This document shows, in pieces, positions 46,616 through 58,212 of a DNA stretch of 64,000 bases. How positions within the stretch are numbered: the stretch's first letter is position 1; each line of letters starts with the position of its first letter. Source of the DNA: Planctomycetota bacterium. GTDB lineage: Bacteria > Planctomycetota > UBA1135 > UBA2386. The stretch is from NCBI GenBank assembly GCA_947501605.1, contig CANMWZ010000008.1:32001-96000 (forward strand), read 5' to 3'. The position numbers and the translations under genes were made by a program. Below the pieces are notes generated by a model. It did no database searches, was not told the DNA's origin, and was given only the letters and a program-made list of their open reading frames with translations.

Positions 46616-47241
46616 ACGCCAAGGCCAAGGCCGATGGGCTCGCGCTCTACGGCGGCGCGTTCAATCCCCCGCACCTCACCCACCGGCGCATCGTCGAAGC
46701 CGCGCTACTGCAGTTGCCAGTGGCAGAACTTGCGGTGCTCCCGACTGGCAACCACCCACACAAGAAAGCTCGCGAGGTGGCCACGGCGGAACACCGACTG
46801 GCGATGTGCCAGCTTGCGTTCGGCGCCATGCCGCGGGTGCGCATCGACGACCGTGAGCTCCGCCGCAGCGGCATGTCGTTCACGGTAACGACGCTCGAGG
46901 AGCTCTACGCCGAGGACCCGTCGAGGGAGCTGTGGTTCGTCATCGGCGCCGACAACCTGCCGCTGCTGCCGAGCTGGCGCGAACACCACCGCATCTTGCA
47001 ACTGGCGCGGATCGCGACCTTTCCCCGGCTGCATTGTCGTATCGAGCGCCGCGAACTGGAACGCCTCGACCTGTCTGCCGACGAACGCGAACGCTTGCTG
47101 GAGCGCGTGCTCGTTCTCGAACCCGATGCGGTTGCAGCGCAGGATGTGCGAGCTCGCCTTCGGAGCGGTGAGTGCAACCTCCCCGAACTGGATGTCGCAG
47201 TCGAGTCCTACGTTCGCACCCACCACCTCTACGGGACCTGA
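46612..47241 (+). CDS. nadD: Nicotinate-nucleotide adenylyltransferase
   Basis: YGGAFNPPHLTH, HPHK, SFTVTTL, VIGADNL, YVRTHHLY; GTGA overlap with hisS. Confidence 0.92.
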   Translation: MNAKAKADGLALYGGAFNPPHLTHRRIVEAALLQLPVAELAVLPTGNHPHKKAREVATAEHRLAMCQLAFGAMPRVRIDDRELRRSGMSFTVTTLEELYAEDPSRELWFVIGADNLPLLPSWREHHRILQLARIATFPRLHCRIERRELERLDLSADERERLLERVLVLEPDAVAAQDVRARLRSGECNLPELDVAVESYVRTHHLYGT

Positions 47242-47245
47242 CGAG

Positions 47246-48070
47246 ATGGCTGCGCTCGGCCCCTACTACGCAACACCGGCAGTCCTGGCCCTCACCGGAA
47301 TCGCCCTGCTGTGGAACCGTCGCGTGCGCGGGTTCCTTCCCGATGACGTGCCCAGCCAAGGCCGCAAGCAGCACGGTCGGCGCATGCCACTCGCGGGCGT
47401 CGTCATAGTGCCGCCGATCCTCTTTTGGTTGCTCGCGGATCACCGATACGTGGTGGCCATCGCGGTGGCGGCCGTGGCAATCCTTGGCTTCGTCGATGAC
47501 TGGCACAAGGAGAAGGGTCGGGACTTCGACTGGCGCATCAAAGCTGCCGGGCTCGGCACTGCGGCGTTCGCCATCCCGTGCACGCAGAGTTCACCGCTCG
47601 AGGATCCGATGCGGTTCCTGTTTGCGTGGGCTCTGGTGTTCGTCCTGACCAACGCGATCAACTTTCTCGACAACACGGACGGGGTCGCGGCGTCCGTAGC
47701 CGGGGCCAGTCTTGTCGGCGCCACACACGCAGAGGGCCCTCTCGCCGCCGCGGGCTTTGCGGCTTGCGGCTTCGTGGCGTGGAACTGGCCGCGACCACTG
47801 TGCTTCCTCGGCGATTGCGGTGCCTACGCGCTCGGTCTCTGCGCTGGCACGGTATGCATCGAGTCCCTGCCCGCGTCCTCGGCGTTGTTGCCGTTCGCAC
47901 TGCCGCTCTTCGATTTCGTGCAAGTGGTCACGGTGCGACTGTGCCTGGGGCTGCGACCATGGCGCGGTGATCGGCGCCACATCTCGCACATCCTGCAGAA
48001 TGGAGGCCTACCGCGGTGGCTCGTTGCACCAGTGCTGGGCGCAGTGACCTGGTGGTGCGCAGGTTGGTGA
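47246..48070 (+). CDS. MraY/WecA-family polyprenyl-phosphate sugar-1-phosphate transferase
   Basis: Multi-TM; GFVDD, NAINFLDNTDG, FLGDCGAY, GDRRHISH. Confidence 0.85.
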   Translation: MAALGPYYATPAVLALTGIALLWNRRVRGFLPDDVPSQGRKQHGRRMPLAGVVIVPPILFWLLADHRYVVAIAVAAVAILGFVDDWHKEKGRDFDWRIKAAGLGTAAFAIPCTQSSPLEDPMRFLFAWALVFVLTNAINFLDNTDGVAASVAGASLVGATHAEGPLAAAGFAACGFVAWNWPRPLCFLGDCGAYALGLCAGTVCIESLPASSALLPFALPLFDFVQVVTVRLCLGLRPWRGDRRHISHILQNGGLPRWLVAPVLGAVTWWCAGW

Positions 48071-48084
48071 CGTGATCGAGCGGA

Positions 48085-48555
48085 TCAACTGCCCGCGGCT
48101 GCGGCTTGCTCGTCGACCCAACCCTGCCACGCCGCGACGTCGACCCCGAAATCCTTGCCCGTCAGCATCTGCAAGTTTCGTCGCGCGCTCTGCGCGATCT
48201 TCGCGTCTGTGGAGCCGAGCGCCGGCAGCAGAAGCCGCGCCGCCTCGAGCTTCTGGTCGGTTGGCCGCCCTTGCATCTCCGCGGTACGGCGGTTCTTGAA
48301 CTCGATCAGTTCCTTCAGCACGGCGCTCATCATGGCGTGAAGGCGCAGCGACTCGCCCCACAGCAACAACGTGTAGAGCCCGAGCATGAACACGCAGAAG
48401 CCGAGTACGAAGTTCTGGCCGAAGGTCTTCGCCACCCAGTCGGCGCCCGGCAAGTAGCTGCCGAGCAAGGCGACGAAGGAAACGCCAAGCAAGAACAACG
48501 GCGTGACCTGTCGGAACAGCGCCTCGTAGCGCTGTGGCTGCTGGCCGGACAGCAT
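48085..48555 (-). CDS. Hypothetical membrane protein (2 TM + HEAT-like C-terminus)
   Basis: Two hydrophobic segments; C-terminal LQMLTGKDFGVDVAAWQGW; 4 bp downstream of sucD. Confidence 0.75.
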   Translation of the reverse strand: MLSGQQPQRYEALFRQVTPLFLLGVSFVALLGSYLPGADWVAKTFGQNFVLGFCVFMLGLYTLLLWGESLRLHAMMSAVLKELIEFKNRRTAEMQGRPTDQKLEAARLLLPALGSTDAKIAQSARRNLQMLTGKDFGVDVAAWQGWVDEQAAAAGS

Positions 48556-48559
48556 GGCG

Positions 48560-49443
48560 TCAGCGACCCAGCACCTTCTTCATCGTGGCGCCCAGCACGG
48601 ACGGAGTGTCGCAGACATGAACGCCAGCGCGCTTCATCGCCGTCTTCTTGTCTGCCGCCGTGCCCTTGCCGCCACTGATGATGGCACCAGCGTGGCCCAT
48701 GCGCTTTCCGGGCGGAGCGGTCGCGCCAGCGATGAAGCCGACGATCGGCTTCTTGACGTGGCTCTGGATGAACTCGCAGGCCTCTTCCTCAGCGGAGCCG
48801 CCGATCTCACCGATCATGATGATGCCTTCGGTTCCAGAGTCGTTCTGGAACAACTCGAGGCAATCGATGAAGTCGAGGCCCTTGATCGGGTCACCGCCGA
48901 TGCCGATGCAGGTCGATTGCCCCATACCCGCGCTGGTCACTTGCCAGACGGCTTCGTAGGTCAGTGTGCCACTGCGCGACACGATGCCGATCTTGCCCGG
49001 ACGGTGGATGTAGGCCGGCATGATGCCGATCTTGCAGCCGCTCTTGTCAGTCACCGGCGTGATGATGCCGGGGCAATTCGGACCGATGAGGCGCGTCTTG
49101 CTGCCATGCATGTAGTTGCGCACCAGGGCCATATCCGCAACCGGAATGCCCTCAGTGATCGCGACCACGAGTTCGAGCTCCGCCTCGATCGCTTCGCAGA
49201 TCGCATCGGCCGCGAACGCCGCCGGCACGTAGACCACCGAGGCCGTGGCTCCGGTCGCCTTCTTTGCGGCCGCAACCGTGTCGAACACCGGCACCCCGGA
49301 CTCGGTCACTTGGCCGCCTTTGCCCGGAGTCACGCCGCCCACCATCATGGTGCCGTAGGCGAGCGAGTTCTTGGTGTGGAAGGCGCCGGCTTCGCCGGTG
49401 ATGCCTTGGACTAGGATCTTGGTGTTGCCGTGGACAAGAACGG

Positions 49444-49447
<4 letters not shown>
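48560..49447 (-). CDS. sucD: Succinate--CoA ligase alpha subunit
   Basis: [50 protein letters not shown]. Confidence 0.98.
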
Positions 49448-50613
<1,166 letters not shown>

Positions 50614-50628
50614 GAGTTGAGGGCGGGG

Positions 50629-50657
50629 AGGGTAGCGAGCAGGGACTCCCGGTCCAA
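50629..50657 (-). promoter_or_regulatory. Candidate sigma-70 promoter of sucCD (very short leader)
   Basis: Minus strand TTGGAC-N17-TACCCT ending 15 bp before the ATG; no SD visible. Confidence 0.4.
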
Positions 50658-50917
50658 CGCGGAGATGCAGAATGCGGCCGCCAGCTGGCCCCACTTCGTG
50701 GCGCCGAGGCCATCACCGGCACGCCCGTGCACCGGACGGTGGCATGAGACCCTTGACCGCGCTTTGCCGACCCTGCGGCTCCTGGTGAAGGCCGCGGCGG
50801 GATCTCGCTCCGCGACTACTCGCTGGTTCCGGAGCGGTCTTCCACAGCCTGGGTGGGCCGAGTGTCGATCACAGGCGACGCGGAGGACGAAGCCAAAGTG
50901 CGTCCACCCACCGGCCC

Positions 50918-53900
50918 ATGATCCAACGCTGCACACGACGACCGGAAGAAGGGTTCACATTCATCGAACTCGCGATCGCCATGCTGGTGATGGCCATCAT
51001 CTCCACGGCCTTGGTCCACCACCTCGCGCTGCATCTGCGCAGCACGGCCACGGAACGCGATCGCACGTTCGGCATGAACAAGGCGAACGCAATCCTCAAC
51101 GAGATCCAGGGCTTTGTCGAACAGGCGCTGCCGGGCCAGGACGGCGACCTCGACTCCCTCGATGACGGCATCGTCGACAAGCCCAACTTGACGATTCTCC
51201 GTGACCCAGGCGGCAATCTGATGGCCGCGGACTCGCTGGCTTCGGACAACAACTTCGTCCGCGGCGCCTGGGAATGGACCCGTCGCATCACGGTGCGCCC
51301 CTTCCCCGGCGCCGACAACCGCAACCTCCGGTTTGCCACGGTGAGCGTCAGCAAGCGCGACCCAGGCGGCACGCTGCGCGTCGTCGCCAACCTCAGCGCC
51401 GTGGTGAACGCACCGAGCACGGCGTTCGCGACCACCCAGGTCTTCGACCTCTATCTGCTGGCGATCGAGAACATCCCGGGCTGGTGGGTCTTCATGGACT
51501 CCATCCAACCATTCGTCGAATCGACGATCACCGATCTCGAGACGCGCAATCCAGGCATGGAAGTGCGCACGCACTGGATCACCAAGTCGAGCTTTGGGCG
51601 CAACCCGGTCTACCGGCCGCACATCAACAGCACGGTCGACAGCGTCGCGGCGCACACCAACGTCTACTACTACCCCGGCCGCATGCCGACCGGCAGCGCG
51701 TCGGCCTACTACTACGTTCCAGCCAACATGCACGGCCACCTGTCGGTGGACGGGGTCGACACTCACGGCTACGACGCCGACCTGAACGAACAACCCTACG
51801 CCCTCGCGGATTACTGGAACCACGCGATGCGCTACCCCGACGAGCTTGCACTTTGGCAGGCTCGCGTAGCGGCCGTCGAAAGGCGCGAAACCGATATCGC
51901 GAACGCAATCACCGCTGGGACCACGCCGCCGGAACCCCTCGACGACATGTCCAAGGAGCCGACCTTCCGGCTGTTCCTGGAGGACCTGAACACCAACCCG
52001 TCGAAGTTCAAGAATGCACTCGTCATCAACCTGCACGGCGAGTTGCTGCCGATGCCGGCGCTGCGCAACTACTCCGACGCTGCCAAAGACCCCGTCAATC
52101 TGCCCAACGTGCGCGCGGTCACGCACCCCGAGAAGTTGCGCACCGTGCGCGTCCCCGCTGGCGTCAGCGAGGACGCCAAGTTCCGCGTCTACGCCTACAA
52201 CACCCACGAGCCCACGTTTGTCTCAGGCGGTGGCAGCCCGATTCTGTCAGCTCCGATCGCCATCGAAGTGATGGACCTAGACCTCACCGACGCCGGAGGT
52301 CCCACGCTGCTGGCAACGGTAGGCTTACAGTGTCTCGCTGGGGGTGTGGATGCCAACGTTGACGGCTCGGCCGATGCCTACACGGCGTTCGCAGACGCCA
52401 AAGTCGTCGGCACCCCGGGCCTGCTCGCCCGCGAGATGTACTACTCTGCCAGCTACGTGAACCCCGGCGTCGGCGAGCGCAAGTTCACGCGCATCCTGCT
52501 GTACAACACGCCCTGCGTTGCAACGGAAGTCAGCAACCGCGGCCTCCGCAATCAGGAACGCAGCCAGCTCTACCGCATGTCGTATGTCCCGTCGCCTTGC
52601 GAGGCGGCCCGCGACTTCTCGGTCGACCTCTTCAACAGCACTTCGGGCATCCCGAAAAACTCGGCGCGGTGGCGCTTTCAGGTGCCGGCCGTGGCCTTCA
52701 CGACCCCGTTGTTTCGCAACGCCACGACCGACCTGCCTCAGACCCTCAGCGACGATGTCGTGGTCGAGGTTCGCACGCGCTTGTGGACCGGCTCGAACCC
52801 AGCGACGTCTGGGACGATGTGGCCAAGCTCCGCCCGCAATGCGCCGGAGAACCTGTCGAAGACCTACACGTGGTGGGCCGACAGCAACAACGACGTGCCG
52901 ATCACCGAGCGAGCACAGTTCCAAGGCGACCCACGCCACAGCCCCTATCGAGATCTGCTGCGCGACCACCAGACCGGGGACCCCGGCTTCCCGACGACGT
53001 CGTACCGGCCGACCATGCCGGATGGCTACAACTGGTACTTCGACAACCTGAATCGAAGCGGCGAAGTCGCGACTACGGATGCCCCGGGACTGAGCACCAC
53101 CCGACTGGCGGATCGTTGGCGCGGCCGCGTGAACTTTGATGCGCCTCGCCTGTTCGAACTGCTGCGCAAGGGCTTGGTCACCAGCGACTGCGTCTACACC
53201 ACGCTGACCGGGTGGTCCTACTACTACCTCGGCATCGGCAACGACATTGGCTACGACTCGGCAAACGGATACCCGAACTCGATCCCAGTCAACCTGACGC
53301 CCCACGGCGGCACCGGCAGCGGCTTCCACAACAACATCACCAGCTCGCGCACCTACGTGCGAGCGGCTGGGGCGGCAACGGACTACTGGTGGAGCATGCC
53401 GTGGCTCGGCGAGCTCTGCCCCGACTCCGCCTACGCATCCCAGTGGGCCGCTACCGATGCGGACGGAAACCTGGCCGGAAATCTAGTGGCAGGTACCGCC
53501 GCGGGTCGCTTCTACCAGCAAGCGATCAACACCGTGCACACCGGCAGCACGCGCCAGGGCTGGGGCATCGAGATGCTCTCGGCGCACCAAAACACGAACC
53601 AAGAAGGCTGCACGTCCTTCTTCAACATCGGCACAGCAGCGAGCACCTTCCACCACCAATCCGGAACGGCGAACGGGACGCTGACCACGATCGGTTCGGA
53701 ACTGGCCGAGAACTACAACTTCCGGATGCCCTCGACGGCACCGATCAGTCGCCCCTTCGGTGTCGCGACCAACGGCACCGGCACGACTGGAAGCGAGTGG
53801 ACCCTGTCGCCCTACAGCACCGAGCGCTTCACCGGCTCGCTCTATCGCACCTACTTCACCCACCCAGCCGGCCAGACTGGATCGGGCTTGGTCAAGGTCG

Positions 53901-54469
53901 TGAACCCAGGTGGCACTGACGCGGCCTACGTGGTGGTGAACGGCTTCGACAACACGGTTGAGTCCGGCTCCACCTTCATCGCCAAGTTCGCCGTGCTCTC
54001 GCTCGTGCACTCGTTCTTCGAGGCCGGCAGCACCACCAACACCCTCCGCATCAAGCAGCCACCCCGGGTCGAGATCCTGTCGCCTACGGACATCAGCGAG
54101 CTCGTCGATCCGACCGATGTAGAAGTCGTCCTGCGCGCGAACTGGACGCGCTGGGACTCCGTGACCTACACGGAGACCGGCACCTACGCCGAGGACGAGA
54201 CGGAACTGCAGTACGTGCTGATGTACTCGACCGACCGGGGCGCCTCATGGCGCTACGTGCAAGACAACAGCGCGGCCGCCGCCGGCGTCCGACCGACCGC
54301 CCCGACGTATCTGGTCGATGACCTCGGCACCGGCGATGAGGTCTACACCTGGGACCTGCCGAGCCTCGACTTCCCGCAGGGCAGCTACTTCCTGCGCGTC
54401 GAGTGTTACCGAAGGGACGCCTCGCTGCACTACAGCTACCACCAGACCAAGCTGTTCGTGCAGCGCTGA
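50918..54469 (+). CDS. Giant prepilin-type N-terminal cleavage/methylation protein (1183 aa)
   Basis: Class III signal EEG|FTFIELAIAMLVMAIIS; PilV/GspI-like region (WTRRITV...ATVSVS); ~1000-aa Thr/Gly/Tyr/Asn-rich extension. Confidence 0.85.
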   Translation: MIQRCTRRPEEGFTFIELAIAMLVMAIISTALVHHLALHLRSTATERDRTFGMNKANAILNEIQGFVEQALPGQDGDLDSLDDGIVDKPNLTILRDPGGNLMAADSLASDNNFVRGAWEWTRRITVRPFPGADNRNLRFATVSVSKRDPGGTLRVVANLSAVVNAPSTAFATTQVFDLYLLAIENIPGWWVFMDSIQPFVESTITDLETRNPGMEVRTHWITKSSFGRNPVYRPHINSTVDSVAAHTNVYYYPGRMPTGSASAYYYVPANMHGHLSVDGVDTHGYDADLNEQPYALADYWNHAMRYPDELALWQARVAAVERRETDIANAITAGTTPPEPLDDMSKEPTFRLFLEDLNTNPSKFKNALVINLHGELLPMPALRNYSDAAKDPVNLPNVRAVTHPEKLRTVRVPAGVSEDAKFRVYAYNTHEPTFVSGGGSPILSAPIAIEVMDLDLTDAGGPTLLATVGLQCLAGGVDANVDGSADAYTAFADAKVVGTPGLLAREMYYSASYVNPGVGERKFTRILLYNTPCVATEVSNRGLRNQERSQLYRMSYVPSPCEAARDFSVDLFNSTSGIPKNSARWRFQVPAVAFTTPLFRNATTDLPQTLSDDVVVEVRTRLWTGSNPATSGTMWPSSARNAPENLSKTYTWWADSNNDVPITERAQFQGDPRHSPYRDLLRDHQTGDPGFPTTSYRPTMPDGYNWYFDNLNRSGEVATTDAPGLSTTRLADRWRGRVNFDAPRLFELLRKGLVTSDCVYTTLTGWSYYYLGIGNDIGYDSANGYPNSIPVNLTPHGGTGSGFHNNITSSRTYVRAAGAATDYWWSMPWLGELCPDSAYASQWAATDADGNLAGNLVAGTAAGRFYQQAINTVHTGSTRQGWGIEMLSAHQNTNQEGCTSFFNIGTAASTFHHQSGTANGTLTTIGSELAENYNFRMPSTAPISRPFGVATNGTGTTGSEWTLSPYSTERFTGSLYRTYFTHPAGQTGSGLVKVVNPGGTDAAYVVVNGFDNTVESGSTFIAKFAVLSLVHSFFEAGSTTNTLRIKQPPRVEILSPTDISELVDPTDVEVVLRANWTRWDSVTYTETGTYAEDETELQYVLMYSTDRGASWRYVQDNSAAAAGVRPTAPTYLVDDLGTGDEVYTWDLPSLDFPQGSYFLRVECYRRDASLHYSYHQTKLFVQR

Positions 54470-54525
54470 GCTGTCCACGGAAGGACTTCCAACTGGCCGC
54501 GTCGCCGCTAGCCTCTGCTGGCTGA

Positions 54526-55623
54526 ATGGCCGGGATCCTAGTCTACCAACAGCTTCGCGAACTCATCGACCAGGGCGCGATCCACAGTCAGCCGGCGATC
54601 TCGCGTTCGCAGATCCAGCCAAGCTCCCTCGACCTGCGTCTTGCGACTCGCGGCTACCGCGTACGTTCAGGGTTTCTCCCCGAGCACGTGCGAGTGGCCG
54701 ACCGGCTCGAGGAGATGACGCTTTACACCTTCGACCTCACGGACGGAGCGGTGCTGGAGAAGGGCCACTGCTACATCGTCCCGCTGCTGGAACGCATCGA
54801 GCGGCCACTGCCCTATCTGATCCGCGCCAATCCCAAGTCCTCCACCGGGCGACTGGACCTGTTCACGCGCCTCCTCGCCGATCGCTGTGGGCGATTCGAG
54901 ACGGTTCCGCCCGGCTACACAGGACCACTGTTCCTCGAGATCGTGCCTCGTAGCTTTCCCGTCCGCGTGCGCACCGGCCTCTCGCTTTGCCAGATCCGAT
55001 TCTCGGAAGGTGACGCCCAACTTACTGACGGGGAGCTGCGCGCCGAATACGCACGATCGCCGCTGCTGTTCGACGACGGGGGGCAGCCGATCCCGATCGA
55101 GCGCGTGCGCTTCGAAGGCGGACTGTGCATGGGAGTGGCGATGCGTAAGGATCGCGACCTGAGCGGACCCGTCGGCTACGTCGCCAAGCGCTATTCTGGC
55201 ATCGTCGACACCGCCGTGGAGAACGGCCACGACAGCAGCCTCTACTTCGAGCCGATCCAAGAGCAACCACTGGGCCGCATGATCGTGGAACCGGAGGAGT
55301 TCTACATCTTCGCCAGCAAGGAGCGCATCCGCGTCCCTCGTCACCTAGCGGCCGAAATGGCGGCGTATGACGTCGGCATCGGCGAACTGCGAACCAACTA
55401 CGCCGGCTTCTTCGACAACGGGTTTGGCGGCGACAAGGGCACCCGTGCGGTCCTTGAGGTGCGGCCCCACGATGTGCCCTTCCTCGTCGAGGACGGCCAG
55501 GTGTTCTTCAAGTTGGCGTTCCTCAAGACGCTTGCCGACCCTGAGGTTGTCTACGGCGACCGTGCGCTCAGTTCGCACTACCAGGGCCAAGGCCTGAAGC
55601 TCAGCAAGCACTTCCGCGTCTAG
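54526..55623 (+). CDS. dcd: dCTP deaminase, long two-domain form
   Basis: QIQPSSLDLRL, ANPKSSTGRLDLFTR, EPEEFYIFASKE, GELRTNYAGFFDNGFG, AVLEVR, YQGQGLKLSKHF. Confidence 0.9.
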   Translation: MAGILVYQQLRELIDQGAIHSQPAISRSQIQPSSLDLRLATRGYRVRSGFLPEHVRVADRLEEMTLYTFDLTDGAVLEKGHCYIVPLLERIERPLPYLIRANPKSSTGRLDLFTRLLADRCGRFETVPPGYTGPLFLEIVPRSFPVRVRTGLSLCQIRFSEGDAQLTDGELRAEYARSPLLFDDGGQPIPIERVRFEGGLCMGVAMRKDRDLSGPVGYVAKRYSGIVDTAVENGHDSSLYFEPIQEQPLGRMIVEPEEFYIFASKERIRVPRHLAAEMAAYDVGIGELRTNYAGFFDNGFGGDKGTRAVLEVRPHDVPFLVEDGQVFFKLAFLKTLADPEVVYGDRALSSHYQGQGLKLSKHFRV

Positions 55624-55651
55624 CCGCCCGTAGGGCACACCGTGCCTCAGT

Positions 55652-55730
55652 GTTCGGGGATGGGGCGTTCGGGGATTGGGAGTTCGGGGCCGGCATTCGG
55701 GCTCGCAGCGATTGGGCTCGCGGCGATCGG
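55652..55730. repeat. G-rich 15-bp-period tandem repeats (GTTCGGGG... x3; GGGCTCGCRGCGAT x2)
   Basis: GTTCGGGG at 55652, 55667 and 55682; GGGCTCGC at 55699 and 55714; located at the convergent dcd/kinase junction. Confidence 0.8.
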
Positions 55731-55772
55731 CCGCCCCGTTGCGTCGAGCCTCCTGATGACTCGCCGGCGGCC

Positions 55773-57431
55773 TCAACGAAACAAGGACTCGACGTCGACT
55801 GGGCCGATCGACTCACCACCACGGGCCCCGGTCCCCAACTCCTCGGCCAGCGCCACCATCTCACGGAGCGCGAGACCGCGTTCCCGTTCGCGAGCCAAGG
55901 TGTGCGCTGCGGCGCAGACGATCTCGTAGTCGCGGACTTCGTTGAGGTGGATCGCTCGAGCGATCAGCGCACCACCATCGGGATCGATCAACCTCGGTGC
56001 AAAGTCGAGCCGGTGGAGGCCACTCGCCAGATCGTGAACCATCGCGGCTGTTCGGCCTCCCACCTGGGTGCGCCTGGGCTCAACCTGCAACTCGCCGTCG
56101 GTGCCGGTGCGGCGCTCCCATACCATCACGCCGGCGTGCCCGTCGATCTCCACGACGCAGGCGGCAGCACCAAGACGGGCGACGAGATTGGCGGTGGAAG
56201 GCCGCAGCCACCAACTCGACAGTGCGACGACGTACAGCGCTGCAATCAAAGATGCAGCGATGCGATGCCGGCGCACGACGTGGCGTCCGGTCCGCATGGC
56301 GCGGCCAATCGAACCGAGTCGGCTCGCATACGGCAACTGCCCGTCAAGCCAGCGTTCAAGGTCGTCGCGCATGGCAACTGCGCTCGGGTAGCGGCGGGCA
56401 GGATCACGCTCCATGGCTCGAAGGCAGATGTCTTCGAGTTCGCGCGGAATCTGTCGGCGAACATCGCGCGGCTTGCGGAACGTCCCCTCGGCGACGGATT
56501 GCAGCAGCTTGGTTCGCCCATCGTCGGCGAACGCGCGCTGCAGCGTCAGCAGTTCGTAGAGCAGAAGCCCGGCCTGGTAGAGATCCGTCAGCTCGTCCTT
56601 CCCAGTCTTGCCGCGGTAGATCTGTTCGGGCGCGAGATAGGCCACGGTACCGAACAGACGGCCGGTGACGTCGCCTTCGCTGTGGCCGATCCCGGCTAGA
56701 CCGAAGTCGACCAACACCGGGCGCCCGCCGCGCCGCATCAAGACGTTGCCGGGCTTCAAATCGCGGTGCACGACCCGATCCGGCTGATGCGCGTGCGCGG
56801 CGGCCAGCGCCAAGGCCACATCGGCGACCCACAGTGCCACGGTTCGAAACCATTCGCCGTCCAGTCTCGACGACTCCGCGGCCCTCGCCGGCTCGATTAC
56901 GCGTTCGACGCATTCGCGGGTCGGCGGATAGACGCCAGCCGCGACCAACGTGCGCAGCACGTGATCCAGAGATCGACCCTCGACCAGCTCCATTGCCAGG
57001 AAGTGAGCCTCCTCATGCTTGCCCGAATCGAGCAAGCGCACGATGCCGTCGTGATGGAGCCCTGCCAGAGCACGCTGCTCTCGTTGCAGGTCGCGCAAAA
57101 TTGCGCTGTCCTCGCGCAGCGAGTGGAACAGCTTCAGGGCCACGTCCCGACCGATCTTCTCGTCCCGCGCGCGCCAGACTTTGCCGTAACCGCCGCTACC
57201 GATCAGCTCGAGCAGTCGGTAGCGACCAGCAATCAGCGCCTGCGGTTTGTGAAGCTCGGGGAACACAGCCATCGCCGCATTCGCTGCCAGGCAGATCGAC
57301 CGCAGTTCGCGCCGCTGCTCCTCGGTCGGCAACCGCTGCACCAGCGCATCCAGGTCCGGCACGTCCCCGACCTCCTGTGCCGCCAGGTACTCCATCACCA
57401 ACAAGTCCACTGGGTCGTCTTCGTGATTCAT
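55773..57431 (-). CDS. Hanks-type Ser/Thr protein kinase with TM and a short extracytoplasmic domain
   Basis: Start MNHEDD; GSGGYGKV, VALK, HRDLKPGN, DFG, APE; TM IAASLIAALYVVALSSWWL. Confidence 0.92.
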   Translation of the reverse strand: MNHEDDPVDLLVMEYLAAQEVGDVPDLDALVQRLPTEEQRRELRSICLAANAAMAVFPELHKPQALIAGRYRLLELIGSGGYGKVWRARDEKIGRDVALKLFHSLREDSAILRDLQREQRALAGLHHDGIVRLLDSGKHEEAHFLAMELVEGRSLDHVLRTLVAAGVYPPTRECVERVIEPARAAESSRLDGEWFRTVALWVADVALALAAAHAHQPDRVVHRDLKPGNVLMRRGGRPVLVDFGLAGIGHSEGDVTGRLFGTVAYLAPEQIYRGKTGKDELTDLYQAGLLLYELLTLQRAFADDGRTKLLQSVAEGTFRKPRDVRRQIPRELEDICLRAMERDPARRYPSAVAMRDDLERWLDGQLPYASRLGSIGRAMRTGRHVVRRHRIAASLIAALYVVALSSWWLRPSTANLVARLGAAACVVEIDGHAGVMVWERRTGTDGELQVEPRRTQVGGRTAAMVHDLASGLHRLDFAPRLIDPDGGALIARAIHLNEVRDYEIVCAAAHTLARERERGLALREMVALAEELGTGARGGESIGPVDVESLFR

Positions 57432-57482
57432 GCCGTCACCTGGGGAACGAGGGGAAGCTGGTGGCAACCCGCAGGCATTCGT

Positions 57483-58121
57483 TCAGAGGGCTGCAATCGC
57501 GCCGTCACGGCCATGCTGCTTCATGCAGCGCGCGAGCAGCACCAGGGCGCGCCGATGCAGTTCGCGCGCCGCAGAATCCGTGTTCTTGCCGAGCTTCTGC
57601 GCCACCTCGAGCCACTCGAGGCCGTCATAGTCGCGCAGGACGATGCAGTTCCGGTGCTCCTCGGGCAAGCACTCGAGGCAGTCCTCGACAGCGGCCTCCT
57701 GCTCGCGCTGGATCGACTGACCTTGCGGCCCAGTGACAGCCCCCGGAACCAACTGTGCCAAGTTGCCGCTCGCTTCGCCGAACTGCGCGTCGAGCGATTG
57801 CAGACCGCCCGGTGCCGTACGCTTCTTGGAGCCAACGCGATCGGCCTCGTCGCGGATCTGGCCGGCGGCGATTTCCGCGAGCCAGTGAATCAGGCTGCCC
57901 TCATGGCGCATCTCGAAGCGATCGAAGATCTGGAACGCCTTGAAGAAGGTCTGCTGCAAGACATCCCCCGAATCGAGCGAGGCTCGAAGCTTCTGCCCCA
58001 GGCGAGCCCGAACCGAGCGCCTTGCCCGTTCGTAGTAGCGTTCGAACAACCGTGACAGCGCGTCGCGGTCGCCGCCTTGTGCTTGCTTGACAAGTTCGAG
58101 GGTCTGTGTGAGTGGGTTCAT
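57483..58121 (-). CDS. ECF sigma-70 factor, kinase-associated
   Basis: LVKQAQGGDRDALSRLFERY, RARLGQKLRASLDSGDVLQQTF, WLAEIA, region 4 LPEEHRNCIVLRDYDGLEWLEVAQKLG. Confidence 0.9.
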   Translation of the reverse strand: MNPLTQTLELVKQAQGGDRDALSRLFERYYERARRSVRARLGQKLRASLDSGDVLQQTFFKAFQIFDRFEMRHEGSLIHWLAEIAAGQIRDEADRVGSKKRTAPGGLQSLDAQFGEASGNLAQLVPGAVTGPQGQSIQREQEAAVEDCLECLPEEHRNCIVLRDYDGLEWLEVAQKLGKNTDSAARELHRRALVLLARCMKQHGRDGAIAAL

Positions 58122-58212
58122 CCCGCAGCGTATGTTACCGGCGAAACGGAGATCGTCGAGCCAAGGGACTGCCGCTCCGACCTGAAATCCCACCCAACGC
58201 CACAAACAGCCC

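Noticed and set aside
50816..52207. Long antisense ORFs (463 aa here; also 29885-30988, 40029-41633, 56766-58055 and others)
   Set aside because: They lie opposite well-supported genes, carry no motifs and are expected from high-GC codon bias.
58181..58192. 12-mer CCTGAAATCCCA shared with 35520-35531, both shortly upstream of start codons
   Set aside because: Many chance 12-mer matches are expected in 64 kb, and spacing to the ATG differs; insufficient for a regulon claim.
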